Assembly: GCF_011386835.1 (NCBI RefSeq)
Contig: NC_088792.1
Span: 66,216,001 to 66,280,000 of the forward strand
Source of the DNA: Chrysemys picta bellii
Lineage: Eukaryota
DNA length: 64,000 nucleotides
Direction: 5' to 3'
Made by a program: the position numbers and the translations under genes. Positions 26,463 to 39,591 of this stretch are shown here, in pieces (position 1 is the first letter of the stretch; each line of letters starts with the position of its first letter). The notes under the pieces are model-generated. The model did not search any database and was not told the origin of the DNA. It saw only the letters and a list, made by a program, of their open reading frames with translations.

Positions 26463-27299
26463 AAAAATGTTCAATAAAATGAAAGGACTAACTGGGAATA
26501 TTTCTCTCCCAGTGAGAGCATTTCCCAAACTACAAATTTACGTTTTGGGTTTTTGTGTGTTTTGGTTTAAGTTGATTTGGTTTGGGGTTTTTATTATAGG
26601 AGAATTCACTGACATCTTTCAGAAAGTAGCCTACAATACTGAAATTAGAATGCAGAAAAAACTCTGACTTCTAAATTGCTAAAAATTAGTCTGCTAACAA
26701 TATTTGCAGCTCAGGAAGGAAAAGAGGCAACCGCCTGACCTTAGATAATTGAAATTTGATAGTTAAACTAATTACACCATTATTTTAAAATAATAGATTA
26801 CTTATGAATTCCATCTGCTGTTGTATGTTTGGAGTTAATACTGAACTTTTTAGAATTTATTTTATATTTTTGTTGGTTGGCTGGTTTATAGAAAATCGAA
26901 TACAAATATTTGCCACCCTCTTCAGGAGCATTGTTCCTGAATGGATAGTCTCACCTTCGAAAATAGGAAAATGCATCTAACTGAATATATAAAGCAAAAA
27001 TGCTAATACAATTTAGATCTTTTTCCTCATAGTAGCTATCATTGCTTAAATTCAGATTGTTGTCTTTTGCAGTTCAATAGATAACATTATATAAATATAA
27101 AATTATAATTTAATATATGTTAGGTCTAACTAGATACTGACACACGTATACTGCATTATTTTATATTATAAACATATACATATATTGCAGACCATCTGGT
27201 GTATCTTTGAACATTTCCAACATACTGTGATACTTACATAAACAATTACTCATTTTTCCTAATATCTAATGTCTAATTTGCAAAGAGAGTTAAAGCACA

Positions 27300-27901
27300 T
27301 AATATTTACCGTGATTAGACTTCAAACTATACTTGTTCAACTCATTTCCTACTAAACGTCTATGCAACTCTTTAACTGGTGTGGAAAATATCTTTCTCTA
27401 TTTACCTTGTATGTAGAAGAAAATATGGTTACACACGCCATAGGCGTCTAACATCCACAACAAATTCAACACAACAAATTGCAGTATGCACAGGAAGGAC
27501 TAGATTGTTGGGGACTATTTTTCGGCGAAACCCAAATATCTATTAAAATAATAAAGCTAACGCTTACAGTGTGGCAAGAAGATGAGATTGCTAGAGACCC
27601 ACAGTACGTTGTTTTCGGCGCACAGCTGTACATTCATACACAGATTCATGCATACAAATATGCGTAGGCGCGCATAATTGCATTAAATTGGGTTACCCTA
27701 AATATTATCCTCCTAATATAAGGGAGCTCCTTAGTTATGATGGCCAGAATACTCTAGTAACTACCATACTTCAAAACCTCAGTAAAATACAACGAAAGCT
27801 GGTACCTTATTTTGTATGCTGAGTTTTGTATTCGGAGAGCTTCCCAGGTTCTGATTAATAATATTTACCGTGATTAGACTTCAAAGTATACTTGTTCAAC
27901 T
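27300..27901 (+). repeat. 43-bp direct repeat pair (27300-27342 and 27859-27901)
   Basis: TAATATTTACCGTGATTAGACTTCAAA[C/G]TATACTTGTTCAACT, 42/43 identical. Confidence 0.9.
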
Positions 27902-28247
27902 GTACTTCTTTCTACTGTGTAGCTGCGTTTCTCAGTGAAACAGAAAATAATACAATTTTGCATGCGATTGTAAATCTACAAGGTGACCTCAGCTGCTCAG
28001 ATGAAGCATGTTTTTCCTGTGGTTCTAGCAGCCTGTGAAGATGTGCTTATGCAGGATCTCCAAAGGCCTGTTCCTTGTCTTTGTGGTTTTGTTATCATAA
28101 ACAAGAACCCAGCCAAGACCACCAAGTGTTATCTTACACACGGCCATTTCGACATTTTACTGCAAGATTTATGGATGTAATAAACAATCTCAGAACCATC
28201 CTCAGATATTTCCCGTTACCCAACTTGTAGCACCATCCCAGCTTTAA

Positions 28248-28275
28248 AAACAAACAAACAAACAAACAAACAAAC
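28248..28275. repeat. (AAAC)7 microsatellite
   Basis: Seen directly. Confidence 0.95.
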
Positions 28276-28834
28276 AAAACAAAAAAACTTTATTTTTTAT
28301 TTAAGAAATAAGACCATATTTCACACGCTTAAACAATTAACATAGGACCCAAAGTTTACCAGCTGAATCTTGCGATAGACGAGATTGGGAATTCACTGAA
28401 ACGAAGTTGATAGTGCGATATCTAATCTTCATGCACCAACAGGCTCCAATCTCATGCATACCCAAACAGTCTAAAAGAGTTCTTGTGAAACATACAAGCA
28501 CATCTGCTGACTTCCATGCGTGCGGATAAAATAGTTTTACAACCAAAGAATTAAAAAATAATAATTCAATTACACTTTTTAACGTGTCCATGCACCAGAG
28601 AGGGTGGACAGAGGGAGACTCGCGAGCAGCCTGGTTTGAATCTGATTTGAACCATTTTGAATATATTTAGCCCCAGCTTTCCCTCTTGAATGCAACCCTG
28701 TCCCAAGTTTCAAAGTGACCGAAAAGTGACACCGTGTGCATTTTGTTTCTTATTAATCTTACACATTGACAGTCTTTGTTAAACAACAAGGCGTGCCCTT
28801 CACCAGCCGACATTTTCATATTTGTTAGACGCGG

Positions 28835-28851
28835 TGACCTGAAGTTCACCT
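28835..28851 (-). promoter_or_regulatory. DR5 retinoic acid response element 5' of HOXA4
   Basis: Minus strand AGGTGA-ACTTC-AGGTCA, the sequence I recall for the HOXA4 5' RARE, 3.7 kb upstream of the ATG. Confidence 0.88.
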
Positions 28852-31800
28852 CGGCCTTGGACTTAGTTTTTCTAAAAGGTCTATAACAGTGTCTTTTAGA
28901 TAGCAGGGTGCTTTGCCCAGGTCACTACTTCTAAGGGAAAATTAAGAAAAAATAGCGGGAAAATGTAAACGTTATGGAATGTATCGACTGTATCTCTCCT
29001 TTCTTCTTTGGGAATCATAAAAGCCCGCAAGACAGTTAAGCAGTTTAACATTTGTTAACTTTGAAACTAACATGCGAAACGGTTGCTTTAAATTGTCAAG
29101 ATTGGGGCAATGGTTGAATTTTGGCCCCCAAGTTCATTATTTTATAAAGCGATTACTTCACTGGCACTGAATATGTTCTAACAACTGGATGTTTGGAGTG
29201 ATTTGCTTGCTCTATACCGGCATGGTTAAATAAACACACACAAAATGTGATTTGTGTTAGAATTTTAAATGAATGGTCTTTTGACCAGACACTCTACACC
29301 AGAGACCAGTGTGTACTGCATTCAAAGAATGAACGTACAAAGGCAAGGAATCGTTCATCTCAAATTAATAACTGCACTGTTTCCCTTTTTAAAAATGAAT
29401 CATTTAAACAATAATTGAGATAAGTCAATATTTATTGAAGTTGCAGTTGAACTCTGAAAATATTTTCATTGATATTTTTATTTTAAACTATGTTGAATAC
29501 ATGAATTTGCATCAAAATAATTGTTTTGGTAAGTAAGAAACTAGATTTCAGTTCCCTCATTTTGTGTAATTTAGTTATACTAACAGCTTTTCGGTCAGGG
29601 AGTATCAAAGACTTGTTATTCTTGGAAACAATCTACGTAGCACTCGTTAACAATATATATAAATGGTTATATATTTCAGGTTACTATCAAGACTTTTCTT
29701 TTCTCAACAAACAAATGATCTAACAGTATAAAGTAATCTATAATATCTCAAGTGGGGGAAACATTCTTTTTAACCCAAATATGCAATCTGACTATCTTAT
29801 TACAAGTTGGCAACAGCAGTATTTGATGAACAATGTATACACGGTGTGTAATGATATTTATATATTTCCACACCGCTGTCATATACAAGCGATGTAGGCA
29901 TAATCTCCAATAATATCTCTCAATGATTTGAAATCAAACAGCTCACAATTTATTTTCAACAACTCCTGCTTTCTGCAATGATCCACCAGTATCACTGACA
30001 AATAATTAATTTGTATCCAAATAACTAGGAATATCGTATAATCCATGCCTGTTTGTTCTTAATTCAGCTAAACATGGATATAAATGAGGTACTTTTTCCC
30101 AACTGAATTCCTCATTATAACCCCCCACACCCATTCCCCAGACCTTTTACATCTGAATATTTTGGATAAACTTTCCCTCTTAAACAAAACACTGCTTCAA
30201 TATAATTTCGACCTGTATTTATGTGCTACACTGTATATTTGGTTTATAATTACCTTCCCAATTTCTCTGTGTAATATTGTGTGTTGCTTTTTATTGACAT
30301 ACTTAACTTCAGAGCTAAATCTTCAACACTGTCACAGTCTTAAAGACAAGAACAATTCTCAACAATTTGGAAAGTGCTCTTTACCCAAAAAAAATCAGCT
30401 TAAAAATACCTTGATACTTGTTTAACTATCAATTTATGTCTGAGAGTAATTCCAGAAAGCTTTGATAGCCCTGAAATTATGGAACTGTATAGCGCCGTCA
30501 GGTTTTTTTGCAGAATAATTTCTGTTAGTATCACAAATCGCCCCGTAATTCTGAATTTTAGATTTTCACCTTCGGACTAAAAATATAACCTGAAAGTATT
30601 ACCTACAATATGTCCTTATTAAGTACAGTTTAGTGCTCACTACAGAAATTATAGGAAAAACAAGACGCTGCTAGGATCGATACAGATGTTAATAGATCTG
30701 CTAGTGTCTTAAGTTCCTGACATTTTGAAAAGTGAAAAGTCTTTACATTAAGCCTCTTAAGGAGGCTATTATATTAAGGAGTGTGAAACATTTTGTTACC
30801 TGACCATGGTATTGAAGAATACAGCTATGAACGCGTTTTGGTGTTCTAGAGTAACATTCATGTTTACCTGGTGCATCTGAGCCAGAGATATTCAGACTCA
30901 AATGTGGCTGATAATTCAAGATGAAATACAACATGTATTACTCTTGAAAAGAGGAATTTTCTATCCTTTCCTCGGTAATTGAGGTCATTCAACCACTAGA
31001 GTTCACCTGGAGTCCATACTGTGATACACGCTTAACTCAAAGCTATTTTATCTTTTGTGCTGATAGTCAAGATCTCGACTATAACATTGACATCAAACTC
31101 TGTCTGGGCGGATGACTAAGAGTGGTGCAAAACGTAAACTTTTGACCCTCAACTTTTTGACCTGCAGTTGTAACGCCCTAACCACAAAGATATACAAAAG
31201 CTATGCAGCGTCTTTTAGGAGCAAGAGACTTGGACTGTTTGTTTCAATGGTTCTGCTGTTTCCCCCCTGCTTTTTAAGTGTGGGGTTTTTTTTGTGTTGT
31301 TGTTATTGTTGGGGTTTTTGTTGTTGTTTGTTTGTTTTGAGAAAACTGGATTTTTTAAAAAAATGCTCACCATTGTAAAGTGCTGTTAAATCAGTTTGCA
31401 AACTCTTTCGCCAGCGTTGGAGGGACTAGATTAACTGAAAGACGCTATATGGTTACAATTGCAGGTGAAAGTCTGGTAAGTTCTGGACATGGAGTCGGAA
31501 AGAATGTACTGTATAGCACTGGGGAAAAGATGTAGCTATATGTTGCTAAGTACTTAGTCATTTCGCCTTTATTTAAAAATAAAGAAACTCTAATTGTTTG
31601 TGAAGCCTTGTCTAGGCAAACGAGTTGACTGTGAACTTGGTCTAAAGCGAGCTCTGCTGGTGATTCCTAGGGTGTGCAGATTTATCTTTTCTGCATTTAC
31701 TTAACCTGGCAGTGAACTGCAAGGGCTGCCATTTGTTATCCAGAGACAGACTTCACCTCAAGCAAGGACTGTTTCACAAAATTGCAATAATTACCCAATA

Positions 31801-34082
31801 ACCTTCATAACAAATATTATTATTGAAAAGACATTTTTTTTGGATATAGGACAGATTCCGTATGTGCACTGTAAAGGGAAACCTTTGCAAATCTTGTACA
31901 TTCTGTATGTCTTATGTGGTATGGTGTACATATGCAGCTATATATACATATGACTAAGATGGTACATGAGTGTTTGTTTTCCTCAGAAATATTAGCGAGG
32001 ATGCTTTCATTTATAAAGGAGAATACTTTCAAATATAAGCAGGCTACTGTAGGAGTCATATCTTTGTACTATTCATAAAAACTCAGACACTGAATTGTGT
32101 CTATCTGAAGCCTAAAAGAGAGAAAAAGATAAGGGGGAAAGAGATTTCTTATCTTGGTCAGAAGGTTTATTCATATTTAATTTATTATATCTGTACCAGC
32201 TGTGACAGGAAAATACATTCCTCCAGTACGTACGATTTGAAATCGAAAATCATGATCAGCCCATATGAATCTGTTACAGTTAATTTCCCATAGAGCAGAC
32301 AGAAAACATTTGTATTCTCACCCTTCTACAGACACACCCTTACTAAATGTAAGGAAATGGGAGAATCGTAATTTCGCTATGTTTAATAATTAGTACGTGT
32401 GTAGGGCTCAGACAAATCTATCAACCTAAAATTATTTGCCTTTCACAAGACATGTTATAGTTTAGTGAAAGTCAAGACTTATAAATTACTAGGTATACGC
32501 ACAAACGGGTTGCCTAAACTTTAATTGGCCTTATGCTGAGACAGGACACACTACACTAACGTATTTCTTTCAGAGAAGTTAGTAAATTGTATTTTAATAC
32601 CAAGTAGACCACCACTTGCGATGATTTCAGTAAAATAAACTCAAGTGCACTGAGTCCAAAAATACCGTAGAAAAATAATATGCACAGAAAAGAACTAAAT
32701 CTTGATTCCAAATGATCATTCTCTACGAAGGAACCAGCAACTTCCCCTCAGAAGACAGTTAGGATCTGTGAAAGGTTTTTGGAGTTTTGCGTTTTGAAGG
32801 TATCTGAGTTTTCCGTTCCAGTCTGGATTATAAAATCTTGACGCATTTCTGTTTTAAGAGGATTCAAGCTGTCATAACTTTGAGAGGGTGATTCAAGGCT
32901 AGAAATACTTTACAGTTGTAGTAATTTTTCAATCAACTTTATTTTGTGTCTCAAGAGTGAGTCTCGTAGTTCCTTACAGAATGTATCTGTAAATATTGGG
33001 ATATTTTCACAATACCCAAAATGTCCACACTGTATCTCATATATAGCATGCTTAAGAAGCTAAAATTCAAATAATGTCATGTTGGTAGCAAATTATTTAC
33101 TTCCTTCACTGACAATTCACAACCTCAGATGACATTAAGGTCCCTTAAAAAGAATTTAAGTACATTTGCCCTATGATGAATATCCAGTTCTCACAATGAA
33201 GCTAAGAAACTGAGATATTCAAACGATTATCTTTAGTTTTAATCTACGAAATAGCAGAAATAAGAGCTTTTTCTTCAGAAAACCACCAATATATGAAAGA
33301 AGTCAAAACTTATAAACTAGTCTATGTATGATTTTTGCCATTAAACACTGCCTGGGTATTATGACATATAATTAAATGTATTCCTATCAAATATAACTTT
33401 GCTGTATTCCTAATATTGAATCTGTTATATTTGTGTACCATGAAACTGCCAGCTGTTTGTTATGGGAATTATTCTAGATTGTACTTTGGCTATAAAGTGC
33501 AATAAAGAATGCACTTTTAAAGTCTACCTCTTTTCCATTTTATTATAGGAATGATAAGCAAATGTCATTATCTAGTGTTCATAGAAAGATACTAAAACAC
33601 AAAAGTACCTAAAACTTTTTATCTTATGTTGGGAATGAACTCAAAATATTAAAAGTTTGTAAACCTACCATAACTTTTGGAGTAGCTCTCGGGGTTAACC
33701 ATGAATATATGATAGTGTTTTATCAATGTGTACCCTTGATTATTTGAAAAAATTAAAACAAAGGTAGAATGAATTTTCTATTTCATTCTTAGACCTTGCG
33801 GAGGTATTATGTTATAAAGGTGCAAATAATAATCTTCATAATTCTCCTGAATTTTAACACCTTTCTGCCATTTTAATAATAGTTTCAGCTATCGTATATT
33901 ACGAAAATTAACAATACTCAAAGAGAAAGGAATCTAACAAAATAAAGCCAGAAATCATCTAGTGACAAACAAATCCGTTCTTTTTAATCTCGAATTTATG
34001 ACATGTCAGGAAAAATAACATCATTGCACTGCAGTTTTAGAGAACTCTGTTGAGTCTGGTGTACTCCAAAATGACCAAAAAT

Positions 34083-34138
<56 letters not shown>
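34083..34138. repeat. (TAGA)14 microsatellite
   Basis: Perfect tetranucleotide run. Confidence 0.98.
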
Positions 34139-34139
<1 letters not shown>

Positions 34140-34164
34140 GTCAAAATTTGTATTTACAGTCTCT

Positions 34165-34286
34165 GGGCTTAATCCTTCAAACCTTTACTCAACTGAGTAG
34201 TCATCACCCCAATAGTCCTAATGGGTTCAGTGAGACTACTCACCTAAGCAATGATCTTGTGAGTAAGTATTTTCAGGATCTGGCTC
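34165..34286. mobile_element. Degenerate palindromic MITE-like element
   Basis: GGGCTTAATCCT...AGGATCTGGCTC termini. TTACTCA / TGAGTAA arms and a perfect 9-bp TGAGTAGTC (34194-34202) / GACTACTCA (34234-34242) stem. Confidence 0.6.
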
Positions 34287-35384
34287 TAGTTCTACAAAGA
34301 AGGAGAGAGACGGAGAGAAAGTGAAAGTTTCTTTCGCCCTTTCATTCAGCCCCTGAAAATTCAAAGACTAAAGTTAAATCCGGCCATAAAGTTTACTGCT
34401 GAGTAATCACACTCTGGTGAGAATAGTCTACTTAAATAAAAAGAATGTTGAAGTAAACACGCAGCTGGGGCCTACCTCACAATTGCTAGCCAATAATATC
34501 TGTAGCTAGATAGAGACGGGGTTATTTACAATTGTCTATAACCTGGTCTGTATTTCATAATTTACAGCATTGTGACTTGTAGTAGCTTGTATTAACGTTA
34601 CAAGTTACAGTCAATGTGTTTCCTTAGAAAAAAACAGCAGAAATACAAAAAATGTATACTGTCTCTGGAAAAAGGTATAACAAAGTTGTAAGTGGCTATG
34701 AGTGACCGCACATTCCACGTATACACATATGGATACACAGTCATATAGATATAGCTATCTATATAACACAGAGCAGTAAAGAGGAATCCTAAACACGAAA
34801 ATTCAATCTATGCCATTTTAATGCTTGCTTTGGTGTGCAAAATATTTTCCAATCCAAAGATTACAACCACATCGGCACACCTACAGGTTATCATGCCTCT
34901 ATAAGACACTTCTCAAATAATATCAACCCATGTAATTCCCTTTAAAAAATTCGCTGCAGTATCTACTCTTTGCTAAACAAAACCTTTCCAAACTGGAAAG
35001 TCTATGAAGCAAAGGAAGTAATTATCTTCTGCAGTAGTCAAAGTAATTAAAGTTAGGCCTCAAAATCCATCTCTGCCAAAAACGCTTATTGTGGTTTACT
35101 TTGATTTGATTGTTAAAATATAGAGCTAGCTGCTGAATGTTAGAATCAGAGAGGGGAAAACTTTTCAACGAAACCTGTATCCTTAGTAGATTATTCTGCA
35201 TTTCTGAATTCAATGTGACAGTCCTGGAAGGATCCAGCCAGAAAGAGTCCAGTTCTCCACTGTACAAATAAACTTTAAGGAACTTGTGCATAAAACTTAC
35301 CTTGACTTGTAAGGAGCCATTTTTCATAGAACACTGAGAACTTGTGATTTGGATACTTCTGTACCTAAAACTGACAATTTGAAT

Positions 35385-35668
35385 NNNNNNNNNNNNNNNN
35401 NNNNNNNNNNNNNNNNNNNNNNNNNNNNNNNNNNNNNNNNNNNNNNNNNNNNNNNNNNNNNNNNNNNNNNNNNNNNNNNNNNNNNNNNNNNNNNNNNNNN
35501 NNNNNNNNNNNNNNNNACTTTTTATAGCNNNNNNNNNNNNNNNNNNNNNNNNNNNNNNNNNNNNNNNNNNNNNNNNNNNNNNNNNNNNNNNNNNNNNNNN
35601 NNNNNNNNNNNNNNNNNNNNNNNNNNNNNNNNNNNNNNNNNNNNNNNNNNNNNNNNNNNNNNNNNNNN
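35385..35668. other. Two assembly gaps (132 N and 140 N) separated by a 12-bp island
   Basis: N runs at 35385-35516 and 35529-35668. Confidence 1.
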
Positions 35669-36240
35669 ATCAGTGTAACCAGTCAGTAAATGTGCAAATC
35701 TCTAGTTGCTCTTAGAAGCTCTGAAGAGTTAACCATTCAAGCTCTGATGGGGTAAGTAACATTACATTTATAGAAAACTAATTGTAGAGAAAAAAACAAA
35801 TATCTTTAAAGGGTGAAAAGCGGGAAGGTGGCTATAGGGTGTTGCTTATAGACGCAAAGATCTCTGATGTGGCTCCTGCAAATATACTTAATTAAACCAC
35901 ACGAGTAATTATATAGCAAGGTAAACACGCTCTGGGGTTGGGAGTGTATTTTAACAAAGCACATGTTTTTCAACAATCACCAACCAGCTACCAGTTTATT
36001 CACCCACAGAGAGTGTTGATTGTGGTTCTGCAATGCAGCTTTCGACCTAACGAGAAACCATTAAGGAGGAACTTATGGTCAAACTTTCAATTAAAAGGAT
36101 TGGTGTCGGATAATTGCACTTGTATCATTTGCAAAGTGTAGCATAAAGTCCTATCCAGGTAAAATGTTACAAAAATCTGCACTGTTTAAGAAAAAAATCA
36201 GCAAATCAGGAAGTACAGCTTCGAAATCAGATCACGAAAA

Positions 36241-36357
36241 CTTACAATAGAAAGTTTATTTATTTATTTTTGTCTGTTTGTTTCCAGTCAGTTTTTTTTT
36301 TAAAAAACAAATACAAAAAAAAAAAAAGCTGATCACAGTTTGCTCAAACAGCCAGAC
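36241..36357 (-). other. HOXA5: Terminal segment of the HOXA5 3'UTR with poly(A) signal (rest of gene not in the sequence)
   Basis: Minus strand GTCTGGCTGTTTGAGCAAACTGTGATCAGC-T(n)-GTATTTG...ACTGACTGGAAAC...AATAAACTTTCTATTGTAAG closely matches the mammalian HOXA5 mRNA 3' end as I recall it. AATAAA at 36255-36260; about 11 kb 5' of HOXA4, the expected place. Confidence 0.8.
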
Positions 36358-36858
36358 NNNNNNNNNNNNNNNNNNNNNNNNNNNNNNNNNNNNNNNNNNN
36401 NNNNNNNNNNNNNNNNNNNNNNNNNNNNNNNNNNNNNNNNNNNNNNNNNNNNNNNNNNNNNNNNNNNNNNNNNNNNNNNNNNNNNNNNNNNNNNNNNNNN
36501 NNNNNNNNNNNNNNNNNNNNNNNNNNNNNNNNNNNNNNNNNNNNNNNNNNNNNNNNNNNNNNNNNNNNNNNNNNNNNNNNNNNNNNNNNNNNNNNNNNNN
36601 NNNNNNNNNNNNNNNNNNNNNNNNNNNNNNNNNNNNNNNNNNNNNNNNNNNNNNNNNNNNNNNNNNNNNNNNNNNNNNNNNNNNNNNNNNNNNNNNNNNN
36701 NNNNNNNNNNNNNNNNNNNNNNNNNNNNNNNNNNNNNNNNNNNNNNNNNNNNNNNNNNNNNNNNNNNNNNNNNNNNNNNNNNNNNNNNNNNNNNNNNNNN
36801 NNNNNNNNNNNNNNNNNNNNNNNNNNNNNNNNNNNNNNNNNNNNNNNNNNNNNNNNNA
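36358..36858. other. Assembly gap (501 N) where HOXA5-HOXA9 should lie
   Basis: N run of near-round length between the HOXA5 3'UTR tail and sequence contiguous with miR-196. Confidence 1.
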
Positions 36859-37273
36859 AACTAATGGCTGAAACATTTGAAAGTATGACAATTGATTTAA
36901 TTATCTTCTTCTGTTTATGTGTGTGCTGCTTATTTCCTGTTGTTGCAAGGAAAAAGAGACCAATGGGAGGGGGAAAACATCTCTGTCAACTGCATTTGAA
37001 AAATATTATTCAGCATAGAGACCAGGAAACGGCAGAGCAACTGCGTAATAATTAAATTCATGTGTGAATATTCTGCATGCAAAAATATGTTTCTCATTAG
37101 TTTTACATCACTATTTGGTCTCTCGCGCGCGCTCTGTTTTTGTTTCTTTTCAACTTTTCCCAACAACTACACCAGAAAGCTTACAGAGATGTAATTTTTA
37201 ACAACAGTTTCTATCCTGATTTGAAATCACAAAAGCTACATGAAACTATTATTTAATACATTAGTCAGAAAAC

Positions 37274-37307
<34 letters not shown>

Positions 37308-39591
37308 AGAGATTGCCCAAGCGAATGGCAATCCGTTCTTTTACAACATTTTTAATGCAAATAAAGTTCTATGTACTCATTATAGCTTTTTTTTTCATGC
37401 GTGTACTGACATACCGCAATAGAAAAACAAGTCTATGTCTATTACTGAAAGACGGAACTCCACGTCATTTGTATTTATTATTGAATCAACTGGGGTGAAA
37501 TGTGATTGCAGAACTTCCTTTTTCCAGTAAGAAAAATAATCTTAACTCCAGGAGTCCTGGATGTTTGTGTTAGAATTTGGGTACTGAAGCTGCAGCGTGT
37601 TTCATTTTTGATTGCTCACACTTATATACATAGACAGAATGTAATATAATACGGCAGATTCTTAAACACCCTATGTATTCCGAAAATTGCTTGCTGCAGG
37701 ATTAAAGGAGTATTAGGAGACTGAAAGACACCTAGAGTTAAAATAATAATACATAATAAATAACGTTATTTTCAGGCAGGTTTCTGACTAACACACTCAA
37801 TATGTTCTCCTTTCTTTTTTCCCCTTTTATGGCGAGTTTATTTTAAATTCTGATAATCAGGGTATTGAAATTATTAATTTGATATAGTTTGCATCACAAA
37901 TAATTTTAAACTATAAGAAACATAATCACGTAGACAGTTAGATAGTCACCACCAGGAAAAAATAATATAAAATTGGTCCGTCTATATGGTATCTCGGGGT
38001 ATTTAGAAGAGAAACAGTTCATCTGTAGTAATTTTAAAAAAGGTTCTGTCCTCCATACCTGTATAATCAGAACTCTAAAGCTGCAATTTAGATACGATTT
38101 TTAAACCTAATGTAACAGAAAGGATATTGCTATTTTTAACTGAAGGGAAATAGTAAATGCAATTTATCCATTAATGCACTATAGAGCTTCCATATAGGCT
38201 TTGGCATTTGGATAAATAGTCTGTAGGAATGTTCAGTCTTGATTGAATGGGAATTGCTGGATCGCCTCTTAAAGAACTTATTTCCATTGAAAACTAACCA
38301 GTTCCAGAAATTTTAAAATGGAAATTTGTATAGAACTTGAGATAAGTGCTCATGAAATTAGAATTATACACTGAAAATTTTAAATAAAGCAGAGGCAAGC
38401 CTATGTACACACGCTATAACTTAGATAGATAGATATACACACACAAACACATAAGTATACATCGTTATACATACAGTGTGTATACAGACATATACACTCA
38501 GAGTCATATGTCTGCAATTGAAAGGTTTGACTCTTTCTTTGTAAATGCATCCCTTCCTATGAGAATTTAATTATAACACATCTACATAATCCGTGAAAAT
38601 CCCGTTTCCAAACTATTTTTATTCACTGTAGCCTATATGAGTCCTGAAAAGTTTAAAAACGAAAGATCAAAAATGATATTCAATTTTAAAATACTTCCCA
38701 AGTCCTTGCAGCCAGAAGAAATCTTGATCATGTACGTTAAGGATAAATGTTGTGCCTGTGATCTAAACAAGGGCTGCAGCTCCTATTTCTGTTTGGTCTA
38801 TGTACACAATAGCCGGCAGCCCTAGATCCCCTGCACAAGGCCCAGTGAGGTCGCTGTTGCTCATTCAGCCTCAATGGAATGTCGGCGCCTGGACACACTG
38901 TAATAATGATCGTAACCGAGGCCTTGTGAGCTATAGGGAAATGGGTTTTGGCCGATTTTAAATCACTTCTGGTTACCCCTTCACCTCCGGTAAAGTCCTT
39001 TTGTGTAATATATGATTAATCCCTGGACATATGTAGAAGCAGACTTAGATTTTAGGTACACTCAAGGCTGAGATGAACACGAAATAACATAACAGTGTGC
39101 AGGCAAAAAAAAGGTGACACAATGACATAAAATATCTTAACAAAAAAATGAGATTCCGTCTCTGGTCTGGTTGCAGTCGCTACCTTTGCTTACTTACATT
39201 GACGCTACATTGCAAGGACTCAGGATGACAGAGTGTATGAATATTGGCACGCAATTGAATAGTAACGCATTTAAAAAATCCAGCAAAAACAACAACAACA
39301 ACAACAAAAACAGAACAATTGCTGAGCAGAATGTAAAGCGCACCTGACCTTGAATGGAGACGACAAGATATATTTAAAAATTCCATAAGCAAGCAGGCTT
39401 ACTCAAGAACTAGCTAACCTTGAAGAGTTCCCCAAGATTTCCCCCTTGGCTGCAACGTTTATTGGGAAGTGAATGAACCTTCGTTGCTGATAGGAAACAA
39501 TGGCATTGGGACTTGACGCCTACAGATAGCTTCAGCTGTAAGATTTCTTCGGTAGTAAACCAACTCGCACTATCATACCTGGTGATGATTT

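Noticed and set aside
35517-35528. 12-bp island ACTTTTTATAGC between two gaps
   Set aside because: Too short to interpret; a gap-filling remnant.
36358-36858. Genuine evolutionary loss of HOXA5-HOXA9 as a new biological state
   Set aside because: The break coincides exactly with a near-round N gap and the HOXA5 3'UTR tail survives undegraded, so an assembly artefact is far more parsimonious. Kept as a finding to check, not as biology.
35349-36891. ORF-track entries made mostly of X (also 7245-7753 and 54755-54956)
   Set aside because: Artefacts of translating N runs.
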